From assembly GCA_001643675.2 (NCBI GenBank), contig LSRY02000055.1:248001-312000 (forward strand): a DNA stretch of 64,000 nucleotides, read 5' to 3'. The notes under the pieces are model-generated. The model was not told the origin of the DNA and ran no database searches. It saw only the letters and a list, made by a program, of their open reading frames with translations. This document shows positions 1-12,440 of the stretch, piece by piece (the first letter of the stretch is position 1; each line of letters starts with the position of its first letter). The DNA comes from Monocercomonoides exilis PA203. Lineage: Eukaryota > Protista > Preaxostyla. A program made the translations under genes and the position numbers.

Positions 1-768
1 TTTGTGTAATTAAATATGGCAAAATTTTTTTTTAATTATTGTGTATTTCAATAACAGTTACAACTGAAGGACGTAGACAAATCGTAAATATTCATTGATC
101 TTTGCATCTATTGGTCTTTACCACTTCTTTCGAATAAATCATTGTTTGGATAAAAAATATGACTGATTGAAAAGATAAGAAGTTTAATAAAAAAAGGAGT
201 TACTTGGATCAGTCCATTCGATTGCAGGCGTATTTTTGTCAAAGAAGTTTTTTAAAATATTCATTGTCTGAAATGAATTTTTTTAGTATTTAACAGTTCT
301 TTCTTTGATCCTTTTTATGTTGGACTTTGTTTTTTACGTTGCAATTTTTAAAGACTGTTATTTATTGTCAAACTGTTTCTTTTTTTTTGATAGCATGCTG
401 ATTTTTCCTTTTTTGTAATTATCTTCTTCTCAAACCAATCCAAAATAATAATAAATCTTTAAACCGAATAAAGCACTAAAGTTTAATGGTTGTAAATTTC
501 ATCCACAACTTTTGGAGATCGGAAGATTGAAGAAAATTTTTTTCTTTGTGTTTAATATTTTTTCTTTTATGACTGTTATTTTTTATTTTGAAAAAAGTTT
601 CTTGCTCATTTCAACAAGATGAAATGTTAAAAAAGCAAACATAACGAATCAGTAAACTTACAACTGTGCATATCACAAATCTTTTTTTGGGTTTTCTTTT
701 TTGTTTAATAATTTCATGAATTTGAAAAAATAAATATTTGAAAAATTAAAACAATATCAATAATTATT

Positions 769-1254
769 TTACTTGAAAATGACAACCTCAGAGTGATTTC
801 CTGCGTGATTTGTTCTCAATGACACTTCAACTTTTCCATCTCTGTGTTCAGCGAATGATTGGAACAAGGCAACTGGTTGGTGGAACTCCAGAGAAGAAGT
901 ATTTAGGAAGGTGTACATGCTGGAGTCAGAAAGCAAGCATCTCAACATTTTAGCATTCCCTCCTTCTTGTGTATACACAATGCCACGTTCATTCATCCTC
1001 AGTCTGACTATCCGAAGTGGAAGGCACCAGTACAAGGAAACTTCCTGCCCTTCTGCTCCAGCTGGCTCTGCAGCACCCGCACACACCCCAGCACCACTGC
1101 ATTCTCCTACGCCTCCTTCCCTTCTCAGCACCTCCGTCACTCTCATGTGCCATGCTCCTTCCTCCCTCCTTTCTGCAGCCTCCCAAATGCACGCACTGCT
1201 GCACGAAAACAAGAGCCATGTCAAATTATATTCAGAATGTGCCAACCCATACAC
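769..1254 (-). CDS. Hypothetical protein: probable 3' portion (last exon or remnant) of a gene extending to ~1790
   Basis: GC-richer island (~770-1790) in AT-rich flanks. The 161-aa ORF has a plausible globular C-terminus (..YWCLPLRIVRLRMNERGIVY..VVIFK*). No family motif recognised and no clear start. Confidence 0.3.
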   Translation of the reverse strand: MYGLAHSEYNLTWLLFSCSSACIWEAAERREEGAWHMRVTEVLRREGGVGECSGAGVCAGAAEPAGAEGQEVSLYWCLPLRIVRLRMNERGIVYTQEGGNAKMLRCLLSDSSMYTFLNTSSLEFHQPVALFQSFAEHRDGKVEVSLRTNHAGNHSEVVIFK

Positions 1255-2579
1255 TTTGCCTCAACCACTGGGATAATATCTCCTCCGCCATCTTTCCCTT
1301 TCAGCCCTTCTTTATCTTTTTGACAGCCTTCACGTCAATATGCTGATCCTTTCCATCCCTCTTCTCTCCCACATTGCACTCACCCATCTTAAACAGTCCC
1401 TGCCACTTCCCCTGAATTCAACTCAGCATATTTTTTAATTGCAAAAAAGAAGAGGCCGATGGCAAGTTATGCACCTCTGCTTCCAGACCGAAGCAATTCC
1501 TCAGCTATTCCGAAAACACAAGCACTGTCCTTCACAGTGCCTCTTCCTCCTCGTCAATATCCTTTTCTGCCGACACTTTTCATTTTTGCTCTATCATCTT
1601 TGCATTCGAAGACCCAGCATCCACAGACCACACTCACACATTCAACTATATTTCATCGAAACATCTGCACATCACCTTCATCATTCCACTTCCTCCTTCA
1701 GCTCTTCTTTTCTCTTCCAATTCTCTCTTGGCCTATCTTGAGAAATGTCGTTCATTCGTTATCCTTTCTTCCAAACCTTTGTAACTGAAAAATCCTATTG
1801 ATAAACACATTCAAATAGACTGAAAGGCAAGTTATCTCAGATTTTGTTGTTCCAGTTGATTCTGGATAATCTCTTTGATTTCATTAATGCAAATTTCTTT
1901 TTCAAATAACTAATAAAAAATGATAATGAAATTCAAAAATATCAATAATGGAGTTGTTGATTACATTCACAGTTGCATTTGTGAATCAAAGTTAGCAAAG
2001 TCATTTCCTTTTCCTTTTGAACTTTTTCGTTTTCCTCCTTGAACGATGTTACTTTCAGAAGGCAGCGAATTCAAAATGAAAACAATTCTGAAGAAAATAT
2101 GCGATAAAGCAAAAGATAGCATACGCAAAGATCAGCAAGAAACTTCTCATTTAGTTCTTCATTTTTTTCAATTTTTTCTTCATTTGACGCTTTCAATGAA
2201 TCCAAAAAAGCTCAAAAATAATTTGAAAAGAACACATTCATAATTAAACAAAAAAAGCAACTAATAATCAACATATATAAAAGCCAAATAATTTAATTGC
2301 AAAAATTGGAATTTCTCGTTAATTTTTATTTCTATGTTTTGACGACAATTCAAATTCTTTGATCAAAGCTGCGTTATTGATTTGGTGAAGATAAAAATTA
2401 TGATGTTGTGTGGAACCTGATAATTATGATGTTTGTATTTGATAAAATCAATTTCAAATGAAACAAGCCATTTCATTGAGAGCGACAGGAATAAATTGGT
2501 TCTATTCTTAAGGAAAGTGATCTATTGCATTGGGGTGAATGCTAACGAGTGAAATAATATTTTTGGGGTTTTTCAATAT

Positions 2580-5345
2580 ATTCAGATGGAAGAATCGATT
2601 TTTTCGGTTATAACGGAGTTATCTGCCAAATTGAATAATCAATAGGATTTTTATCTATAGTGAATGGGAATGATTTCCCTTCGATTTTCGATCTGGTTGA
2701 TGCATCTCTTCGCTTGTCCGCAGCAATGCTGTTTGTGTTTCGATCGATGCAGTCGAGGTTTCATATGATGAAGCAGGACAACGAATTAAAGGATGAGTGG
2801 TTGCAGTGAAAGAAGTGTGGAAGATTGTGAAAAAGGGAATGGAGGCTGTTTTCCTGAGGATGGATGATCAGTTATGTTGTGCAAAATGAATAAGCTGGTG
2901 ACATGGGAGGAGGAAGAAGATGAAGCAGAAGCTACAACAGCAACTGAAGAATAAGGATGAGGAAAATAAAAAAGAAAAATACGAGGATGCTAATCAAGAG
3001 ATAAAGAGGTCTTCTTTGTCCTTGATGTTGTTGCGAATGTTTTGAGATGAAAAGATTGCTGATGAAATCGTTTCAGAAGAAGTACACGATCATCCCAATG
3101 GATCAAAAGACAATTCCAAAGCTGAATGAGAAGGAAGCGCAAAAGTGATGAAGGTGCAGGAGCAGCTGGTTGATGATGATGAAGAAGGATCACATTGATA
3201 TGCGGATCGAGAAGGAGAAGATCCGAATAAAGCAGGATAGCGTGGAAAGAGAAGATTGTGAAGTTTCGTTGGAGTGGAAGGAGAAAAAAGTTACGAGAGG
3301 GTCAAATAAGGTGTGTGCTTTGGAGCTGCATAAGCAGTTGTCGTCTGTGCAGATAAAGCGGCTGCGATGCTGCTGAAGGCAGAGATATAGACATTGCTTG
3401 TGCATACGATCCCTACGAACCGATGGACATCCTCAGACAAGATGAGAGTGATCCTGGACAAGGACATTGCTAGGTCGGCTGGTGCAAACGTTCTGAGAAT
3501 TGCATTTGATACTTTAAAGTTTCTGTGAACAGGGGAGAAGCGCTCTGAACAGATGAAGAATGAAACTGAGTGACATGGATTAATTAACGAACTGTTGGTT
3601 ATGGCAGAACTTTGTGGATATTAGGCTATTAGATAAGATTGCGCTTGAGGAGTTTATTGAAGATGAGTTATTGTTCTTCTCATGCTGCATCATGTTTCTT
3701 GAATGATCAGTGTTGAAAAAGATCAATATGTTTTTCGGTGAGTTTGAGGGCTGCACTAAAAGAAGTGTGAAGCTGATGCGTTTGAGTTTCTGTTGTTTTA
3801 GCAAATCATAACCAAGCAGAAGCAGCGATGTGGAAAGAGGTGAGGAAGGTACTGGATGATATCATATTTACTAGCAATACACAGTTTTCATCTTCATCAG
3901 TGTTGCAATTGTTATCTGTTGTGGCTTGAGCAGGCATCTCGTTAGATGAAGTTGAGTCTTTCATGCTTGTTGTTATCAGGCGCTACTTGTGTAGTGGCAG
4001 CAGATCTTCTAGGATGCAAGCCGTATATCTTGATGTTGAGCACTATCTTTGGAGTTTTTTCTTGAGGCTTGGTAATATGGCAACTTCGTGATGCACTTGA
4101 ACCAGCAAGATGAATGCAACGTGGTTGACCAGTGAGCGCCTTTGATCTCATCCAAAAACAATGAGCTTGCAAAGACTGTAAGCAGAAGCTGGACGACCAT
4201 TACTCAGAGTGGGTGTGGTTTCGGTTGAAGCGGAGAATTGAAGCTGTGCAATTGGAGGTGGAGAAGAAAGGAGACAGGAGCAGTTTCAGTCGGCGATGAT
4301 TCTGGAGGATGCGGAGGAGCTACAGCTGCGGATGGACGAGGTAGAAGGTGAGATCTGCTAAAGTCACCTTTGTGTTACGGGAAGAGGATGGAGCTGTTTC
4401 ATGATACAATAACATGGCATTGGAAGAAAGAAGGAGACTACACCTTTCCATCATCATGTGTTTATTTCGCACTGTTAAGACAAGTTTTAAGCGAGAAAGA
4501 GATGACAATCAACAACATACAGATGTTCTTTGAGAGTGCATAGTGTGAATATTGATCATTTGACATTCCCACTCGTGTTTTCAAATGAGTTGTTAATTTT
4601 TAATAAGTTGTCTTGTTTTCCAAATTCTTCCAATTTTTCCTCCTTTTTCAATAAGCCTTCTCCAAATTTCAAATTGTTTTGGGAATCATACAAATATTTA
4701 TTTCACATCGAGAATGCATTATTTTGTCTCAACATATTTCTGAGCAAAATGCTTGAAAAGAGAAGTTGTTGAAGAAAAAGGAGAAGCTCAATTGGAGGAG
4801 CTAACTGTAGAAGAACGAACGATAAGTCAGTGAGAGTTTTTCATCTTATCAAACAGATAACATTAGTTTATTGATGCAGAATCTGAGCACGCTGCTCCCC
4901 TGATCTGTTATGTTCCAGAAGAACATCTTCGCATTTCCCACATGTGCAGCATATTTGAATAAGTCTTGAGGGAAAGAATGGATGAGCTGGATTTGACGAA
5001 CGAGAAGATTGCAGCAAAGGATAACAGTGCAAAGAAGGTGATGGAGCTGAGGAGGATGAGGAGAGGGAAATTGGGACTGAGAATGGGAGTTGAGCTTTTG
5101 ATTGAGCCAGTTGGGTTTGAACAGAGCATAGAAGGGAGAGAAGGGGACAGGAATGAGAGACAAAATGGATGTTTCGAAATGGATGTGGTATTGAGGCATT
5201 CTGGAACTTAAAAGAAGGTGGAGAGCATTGATGAGTTTGTTACGATTGGGGCTGTCGTTCCGCAGGAAAGTGTACTGTCGATAGCTGTGAGTTATGTGAC
5301 ATTTACGATAAGCCAAGTGTTCTTCATGAAAGGAATAAGTGTGTT
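2580..5345 (+). pseudogene. Decayed coding region, product unknown
   Basis: ~2.7 kb with coding-like, purine-rich + strand composition (GAA/GAG/GAT-rich), broken by many stops. Only short ORF fragments remain (e.g. 4966-5211, 5218-5403). Confidence 0.35.
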
Positions 5346-6306
5346 GTTTTCTTTTTCGCATTTGATGTTTTGTTCTTTCAAAACCTTTTCATTCACTTTT
5401 TAGTGTAAACAAAACATTATTTTCGTTGAAGATATTCAAGATGATTTCTCTTTCATTTCAGAAAATTAGACAAAATGATAAAAAATTAGAAGAAGAAATA
5501 AAATAATTGTTTTTCTTTAATTTTGAAGTGTCTATATTAAGTTTTTCAAAAGAATAATAATAAATGATGTTCATTTCGCTGATGGAAGGAATAAATAAAA
5601 TTTTGAAAAAGTTTCACCAAAAATTTAAATGAATAAAGAGTTAGCAAAACGATGATTCAAACTGACAGAAAATAGATAATAATTAATGCAAATGAAGATC
5701 TCAGTTTTTTTGCAGCCGTTCATGTGAAAGATAACAGTAATATCTTCTTTTATTTCAATAATCAGCAGTTTTAAAAAGAACTGTCTTGTGACAGTTTTCT
5801 GTAACTTATTTCATAATTGAGATGCTTCTGTAAAGAATATGAAAACAATAAAATAGTTATTGAATAAATGCATAATCTGTCATATTAAAATCAGTTAAAT
5901 TTCATCAAAACATCATTTATCACACATTTGATCACTTCAAATTAAAATAATGGATATTGAACCATTACCTTTATTTTTTCGTTCTTGAAACTTGACCAAT
6001 TTTTTTCCGGATAACCAAATTCTCAATGATGTTTTCGGAACTTTCACCTTCTCGCAAAAGTGAAATATGCTCATATGTGTGGACTTTTATGAATAAAAAA
6101 TCATCGAACCAAGTTGTGGAGTTGATGAATCATATGTTTTTACATACAAATTTTGGAAAGAAAATTTTTACAAAGATTCAAAGTATTTTTGATGGTATGT
6201 TATTGATGAATTCTTTGATGATTAATTCTTTGTTGTTTGTTTAATATTTTTCAACTCAGATACAAATAAATTTGTTACTCTTCGTCTGGCCAGTCTGTAC
6301 AATAAA

Positions 6307-6465
6307 GAGAAAAACTTGCACACAAAAGTTGCAATACTAAAGTGTGTGTGCTTCGAATACAGTTTTCACCAACTCCGCGAGCTTGGCTTTGAGTGCACGC
6401 TAGGAAATTATGCACATGCAAAACAAACCGGATCAACAGAGTCTTTTGATATTTTCATTCCGGAC
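6307..6465 (+). other. GC-richer hairpin cluster upstream of the USP-transposase gene (possible element left end or structured 5' region)
   Basis: Short stems: GCACACA 6318-24/TGTGTGC 6345-51, AAAACT 6311-16/AGTTTT 6361-66, ACTC 6372-75/GAGT 6391-94, GTGCA 6393-97/TGCAC 6411-15, CCGGA 6428-32/TCCGG 6459-63. Confidence 0.35.
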
Positions 6466-6770
6466 AAGCCACCTACACCACCTTCGAAATCTAGTTTGTT
6501 ATTATATAACTATTTTTTAAATTTCTATTAATTCTTTTTTTAGAACTGAGTCCACAAGATCAACAAAAATTTGAAAAGTTTTTGATTGAAAATTCCACAG
6601 AATCTTCTGAGTCAATATGCAGACTATCTCGTTCAAAAAAAAGTTTTTTTTTGTTATTGTTTTATCTTCACATTTTTCTTTTGATATTTTTTTCTTATTT
6701 TATTTGTATTTGTTAAGATTCCTCACAAATAATTGATGATGATTTCGCAATTTTAAACTCGGATTCGAAC

Positions 6771-9700
6771 ATGGAACCTGACATCGATCCCTTAAGAAAT
6801 TATTTTTCTCAAAATAATATCACTCCGCGTGAAATTAACGAACGTTCTGTTTCAAATCAGAGTATTCAAACTTCTGAATGGAATCATATGGATATCGAAA
6901 GTTCAACAGAGGATTTTCAAGACAATTCAACGAATTCAGTTTTAACAAGGTCTCAAGCTTATTTTGACAACGATTGGTTTTCATTTGATAATCCAAATGA
7001 ATCCTTGACAATGAGACAAACAAATAATTCAATGATTAATGACGAGAGCAATGACAACAATTCAGTTCAAATTTTATCTGGAAACAACTCTGATATAAGG
7101 AATACTTCAGATGCAGAATTATCATCTCAAGTTGAACTTTCAAATGCGTCAGAAGACAAGTCTTTGTTGACAAGTCTTGCACTTCCCAATTTAGGTAATA
7201 CATGCTGTTTGGCATCACTGATTCAAGTCTTTCGTTCTGTCTTCAAATATGGAGGAGTATTTGATATTCGGAAGGGGAAAATCGATAAATTTCATTCACA
7301 GCTAAACTCTCTTGTCAATAACAGCTTTGATAAGTTGAAACCATCAAATTCAAATTTCAAAAAATCATGGAACAAATTATTAACGAAAAAATGGGAGAAG
7401 AATCATAATTTGAGACATGATGATCAACAAGAATTTTACATTTCGTTTTTTGATTTTTGCCAAGATTTATGCAGCACAACACCAAAATTGAATAATAATA
7501 TTAAATCAACACTCAGCTTTCCAAAAATTTGTTCAAAATGCAACATTCGATCTGAAGGTCCAATAGAAATTTCATCGTTAATAAGGTTGCAGGGTCACAA
7601 TATTGTTGATGCTTTCAATGATGCATCCATTGTGAATTCGGATAATTCAAATAATAAAGAAGCATATTGCGAACTTTGTGGTCAAAACACATATCATGAT
7701 TCTTTTTTGAACATTGAGAACTTTCCAAAATTTTTATTCATTGCATTGGAAGACCCCAGTAACATTCAACATTCAAACACGCACGTGCCTCAGAATATCA
7801 GTTTCTCTAGCATTCAAGGGAAACAAGTTTTGAGTGACATTCATTATTTAAACGCTCACAATTACACTCTTATTGGACAACTATTCTACAACGGTGACAA
7901 TGATAATGGTCATTTTTTTTGCTTGAGAAGAATTGATGATTCATTATTCGATTCTCATTCAAGGCATTCAGAAAAATGGATTTTATGCAATGATGGAAAT
8001 ATTTTATCAATTTCAAAACCTATAAATGAAGAAATAAACAAACATATTTCAAATGGATCAAGACCACTCCTATCCATATTCATGCAAATTTATCTAAGAG
8101 AAAATTATGCAGTGAATAATCCAGAATCTCCGAATTTGTTTTTTACAAAAACAGCAAAAGAAAAATCCACTGTACATTTCAACGCTTCAGATATTCACTT
8201 CGAGGATACAAACACTTCACAATATTCTAACATTTCACACTCACATCAAAACAATGGATACCAATTTGAGCAAATTAATATCAGTCACAATACAAATATT
8301 GCTATTCCTTCCTCATCTGCAAACAACAAACAAAAACACTTCACATCTGATATCACAAATGATTCAACATTATCTAGTCCTTCACAATCATCATGTATTC
8401 CTCGAAGCTCACTTCAGTATCAACATCCGATTCAGCTTCACATATCGGAAAATAATCAAGGAGAAGAGGCTGGAAATTCATCATCTTCTGAAAGATGTTG
8501 CAACAATAACATTTCATTTCAAACAAGTCATTCACATTCATTTTCCAATGTCTATTCTGAAGAACAACTATCAAACCAATTTTCTTTTTTCACATCGTGT
8601 AATGGCAATGATGCAGCCAATGCAAAATTTCAAACAAGGCTCATCAACATCCCAAAGATTAAACTTTACGAAAAGTTCAAATTGTTAAACATCAAAATGT
8701 CTGCGAGTTCATTTTACAAACGAACTGCACATCTAAAACGAGCAAAAAGAAGAACAGATTTATGCGATCTGTGTGAAAAATATGAATCACTAGTCAAAAA
8801 AAGGGAAACTTTGAAATCACTTGGAAAAACTTTGGATAAAAGAGATGTGGAAACAATGGAGCTGATTCAAAACCACAAGATAATTGCACATCATCAGCAA
8901 ACACATTTTCGATTCATGAAACAGAATCTTAATAATGGAGAAGCGCTCATATTATTCGATTTTAAAGAAAACTGGATAGCTCCGATAAGACGAAATTCAG
9001 TGAGTCGTGATTTCTATGAAAAAGAAGAAATTTCACAGCTTTGTATTATCGTTTACAAACGTGGATCTAATAGGAAAATTGAAAAACATATTTTCAATTA
9101 TTTCTCAAATAATTTGTCTCATGATTACAGGTTTACGATTGAGTGTTTGCAGAGTGTCCTGACAAACCCCATTCTTAAAGAAATAACGGATTATCACTTT
9201 ATGTGCGACACAGGCACACATTTCAGAAACTCAAACGTTTTGCATTTTATTTTATCTGATTCTTCTCCTCAAATGAAAAACAAACGTTCCACTCTCTCTT
9301 TCTTTGGAGAAAAACATGGAAAGTGTGAGTTTGACGCAGAATTTGGATATTTATCGAGGTTAATGAACAATTATTTAGATGATCAAACAGTGATTTACAA
9401 CATTTATAATTTATTTAAATTTTTTCAAACAAATTCATTATTGTCGAGTGCGAATAATCAAAACTTAAGCCAAAATGGGAACGAAACTTTTCGATATTTC
9501 TTAAAGTGTGATTGTTATTGAAACAGTTTAAATCTTTAAATTCAGTTTTGTGTGTTTTTTTTTATTATTAATTAGATACAATCCATCCAACAAAATACTG
9601 TGGAGAAAATTAAATGTTATATCATTGAAGAAATATCTCTTCTACGAAAAAAGAGGAAACGAAGTTTTTCGATCGATAGTCACACCAAAAAATTTGAGAG

Positions 9701-9894
9701 GAACTGAGAAAATCCCTTTCAAAGAAGAGAGAAGCAGAGATGAGAGAATAAGGAAAAAATTCAACAGGACGACTGGAGAAAGTCGCTCATTATCACTTGG
9801 CGAATACACTTTAAAGATTCTTAAAGATAGGAAAAAAATTTTTTGTAATTATTTTGAGAGTGATGATTTTAATAATAATGAAGCTGTCTTTTGA
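6771..9894 (+). CDS. USP/C19 (ubiquitin-specific protease)-domain protein fused to a Sola-like DDD transposase; two exons (6771-9505, 9576-9894), ~1017 aa
   Basis: 916-codon ORF. USP motifs: Cys box LPNLGNTCCLASLIQ (Cys at 7203), DDQQEF, CSKC...CELC zinc finger, His box NGHFF and WILCND. Transposase-like motifs: TDLCDLC, LFDFKEN (D at 8958), MCDTGTHFRN (D at 9207), FFGEKHGKCEFDAEFG (D at 9333). A 70-nt GT..AG intron (9506-9575, gtgtga...attattaattag) joins it in frame to ORF 9550-9894 (..RYFLK|YNPSNK..). Confidence 0.8.
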
Positions 9895-9934
9895 GTTGAA
9901 ATTGTTTTGTTTTGAATATTGAACTTTTGATTTA

Positions 9935-10141
9935 TGTTCCGTTTGAAAAGCCTGCTGCTCAAGCCTTGAATGTCAACCGAAAGGCTAAACTTTCAAGGTA
10001 CCTCGTTCTTTTTCTTGAATAGTTAAAGATTTGAGGCTAGGCTGATTCCGTCCTGTGGCTGTATTGTGACCGGTCCAATACAGCCACTTGAAGGCTTTGG
10101 GTCCAGAATCAGCCTCCCAGGGTGGGCTTTCTTGTGGAACA
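9935..10141 (+). ncRNA. Putative ~207-nt structured RNA (closed multibranch fold) directly downstream of the transposase gene
   Basis: Outer stem 9935-42/10134-41 and 9947-55/10122-30 with four G-U pairs on the + strand. Hairpin 1: 9964-70/9992-98 capped by CC-GAAA-GG. Hairpin 2: 10001-05/10032-36 plus 10007-11/10025-29. Hairpin 3: perfect 10-bp 10039-48/10106-15 plus perfect 12-bp 10055-66/10076-87. Confidence 0.55.
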
Positions 10142-11599
10142 AAAATTTAACATTCAATATTAGTCACTTTTTTTATAAAAGTTTGTTATTGAATTGTGTC
10201 GACACATCTTTTTGTTTTATTATTGTATTCACATATATTTAAATTTATGAAAATTTTTGAAGTTGAATATCCTGTAAATTTGGAAAAACACATTTTTGTT
10301 TATTATAACTTTAATTGAAAATTTTTAATAGGATTCAAACAATTTGTCGATGTATTTCTTATTTTATTACACTTCTATTTCCGCATATATTTAATTTATA
10401 AACGTGCGTTTTTTTGAATGTTTTATTGTTTTCAGTATTAAAAATATTATAATATAAAAGAGAAAACTTTTTTTGAAGTTTAAAAATTGCTTTGAATGAA
10501 AAGTTGCTCAAAGAAAAATTATAAGGAGATATTAAATGGATGCATAAATATATTCTGAAAAAGAAAAAGTTGAAAGAGATTTCATTGAATGCAGTGGATT
10601 GAAAAATATGTGATCAGTCTGAAATCCATATTTGTTTGTCACAAGTGAAGAGCTTCAATAAAAAAATCTCGATAATAATGTAAAGATAATGAATGGCTAT
10701 CACATATTTAAAGTCAGTTATCCACATAACTGAAAATCCGATTTTTCTTTTGTTCGTTTCAAACAAATGAACAAGAGAGATGATGTTCCAAGACGATATC
10801 CAAAGATACTGACTGAATTGCGGAGTTCTTCAGAATTGGTAACAAAATAATTGAAGCAGAACAACAATGAATTCTAAAAATGATGAAGATCTTGTTTGAA
10901 ATTATCGATCATTTTTTTAAATTAAGAAATGAAAAGAAAAGCTAGATAAGTGCATTATCTGAAATTCGAACTCTTTAGAGAAATTCAGCAAACTGAAACT
11001 GATTTCTGCATAGATTCTTTTCGAAATATTTCATCCTCTGTGAATTGATAAAAAATGAATACTTCAAAAGTGATCTGAATCGATATTCATGGATAGAACT
11101 CTGCCAATAAAATAATGCAAGAAATAAAAATCTTATTCAAACACTTCAATATCTAATAAGAGATGAATTAATTGGAAAAATTTGTTCCATATCATGATTA
11201 AAACAAAACAAATGAATAATTCTCAAAGCTTGATATTTCTTTTATTAATAACGTTTTTAAAGAAACTTTAATAAATAAGTCCACGCAAGTCAACATTTGC
11301 AGCGAATCATTTCTGTTTTGATAAAATTTTTTGAAATAACAAGAGTTTTCGCCAATGTTTTGAAAACTTATGGGTTTCAAAAAATATCAAGTTGATTATT
11401 GCTAAATATTTTAATGAAAACACAGTTTTTTCAAACAATAATGATTTTTCGATAAATTATTGTCACAAAAGGTAATTATTTGTTATGTTTTTAATGGTAT
11501 ATTTTTGAGGCCGAAAAAAAATATGATTTCAAAAAAAATCACCCATTTAATAAATTTATAAACCATGAGTTTTTTAATTTTTTGTAAATTTCCATCCTT

Positions 11600-12440
11600 A
11601 TGACATCCTGTTTGAATGATTCAAACAGAAAAATATGAAAAATGAATGAAACTTTCTCTTGAATTCTTGTTCTTTCGATTGGCTTATTGGAAACATTCAA
11701 CAAAAAAATGACAAACGATGTCCAAAATGCAAGATTGAAATGTATATCATCCAGATCTGAGACAATGAGGCAATGTTGATCATCTGAATGTGGAAAGACA
11801 ATTAGCATTTTTGAAGGAACTTCGCTCAGATATTCAAATAGTCCAGTTGACAAACATCTTCATATTTTTTTTGTATTTTTCTCTTAAATTGAGCATCACT
11901 CAATCAAGCATTTTGCTAAATGTTAACAGAAAGACAGTTGGATTCTGGTATTCCCATTGCAGATCTATTTCTTCAAAAATAATTATGGAAAATTTCGAAC
12001 CTATTGGGGGAGATAGTCATATCGTGGAAGTCGACGAAGCAATATTGAGAAAAAGAAAATTACACAAAGAAAGGAAAAAGGCACTTGTCTAGTTTTTTGG
12101 AGGAACAGAAAGAAAAAGAAAAGACAGATGTGAAAAATTTTTTATTATTCGCGTGCAGAACAGAAGCAGTTGATCTTTTTTTCCTGTCATTTTTGCTAAC
12201 ATAAAACCAAAGACAACAATTTATAGTGATGAATTGTGTGCTTTCAACAGCCGAAAAGACTTCAACTTCTCTCACATGATTGTGTGTCACTAATATCATT
12301 TTGTTGACCCAATTACAAGTGTTTGAACAAATGGAATTGATGGTTTTGTTCGAGGTTTCGTGCGTTATAACTTCGAACTTGTGCAAAAGACAAATTTATT
12401 GATGATTTCATAACGAATTTCATATTTCGTTTATTAAAGA
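11600..12440 (+). pseudogene. Merlin / ISXO2 (IS1595-family) DDE transposase pseudogene
   Basis: Motifs across frames: RCPKC zinc ribbon, TVGFWYSHCR, IGGDSHIVEVDEAILRKRK, FFGGTER, IKPKTTIYSDE, HMIVCH*YHFVDPITSV*TNGID. Stops and frameshifts present. Confidence 0.85.

Noticed and set aside
6771-9894. Fanzor/TnpB or other known RNA-guided nuclease identity for the large ORF
   Set aside because: No RuvC-I/II/III plus terminal zinc-finger arrangement is recognisable; the motifs fit USP plus a Sola-like DDD domain.
9935-10141. Hammerhead ribozyme, tRNA or SRP RNA
   Set aside because: No CUGANGA..GAAA core, no tRNA cloverleaf or T-loop, and the GAAA hairpin lacks the SRP helix-8 CAGG/AGCA internal loop. 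Left unassigned pending an Rfam search.
6549-10148. Conventional TIRs/TSD for the USP-transposase element
   Set aside because: Only a 9-bp inverted match and an AT-rich 11-bp direct repeat were found, too weak to call.
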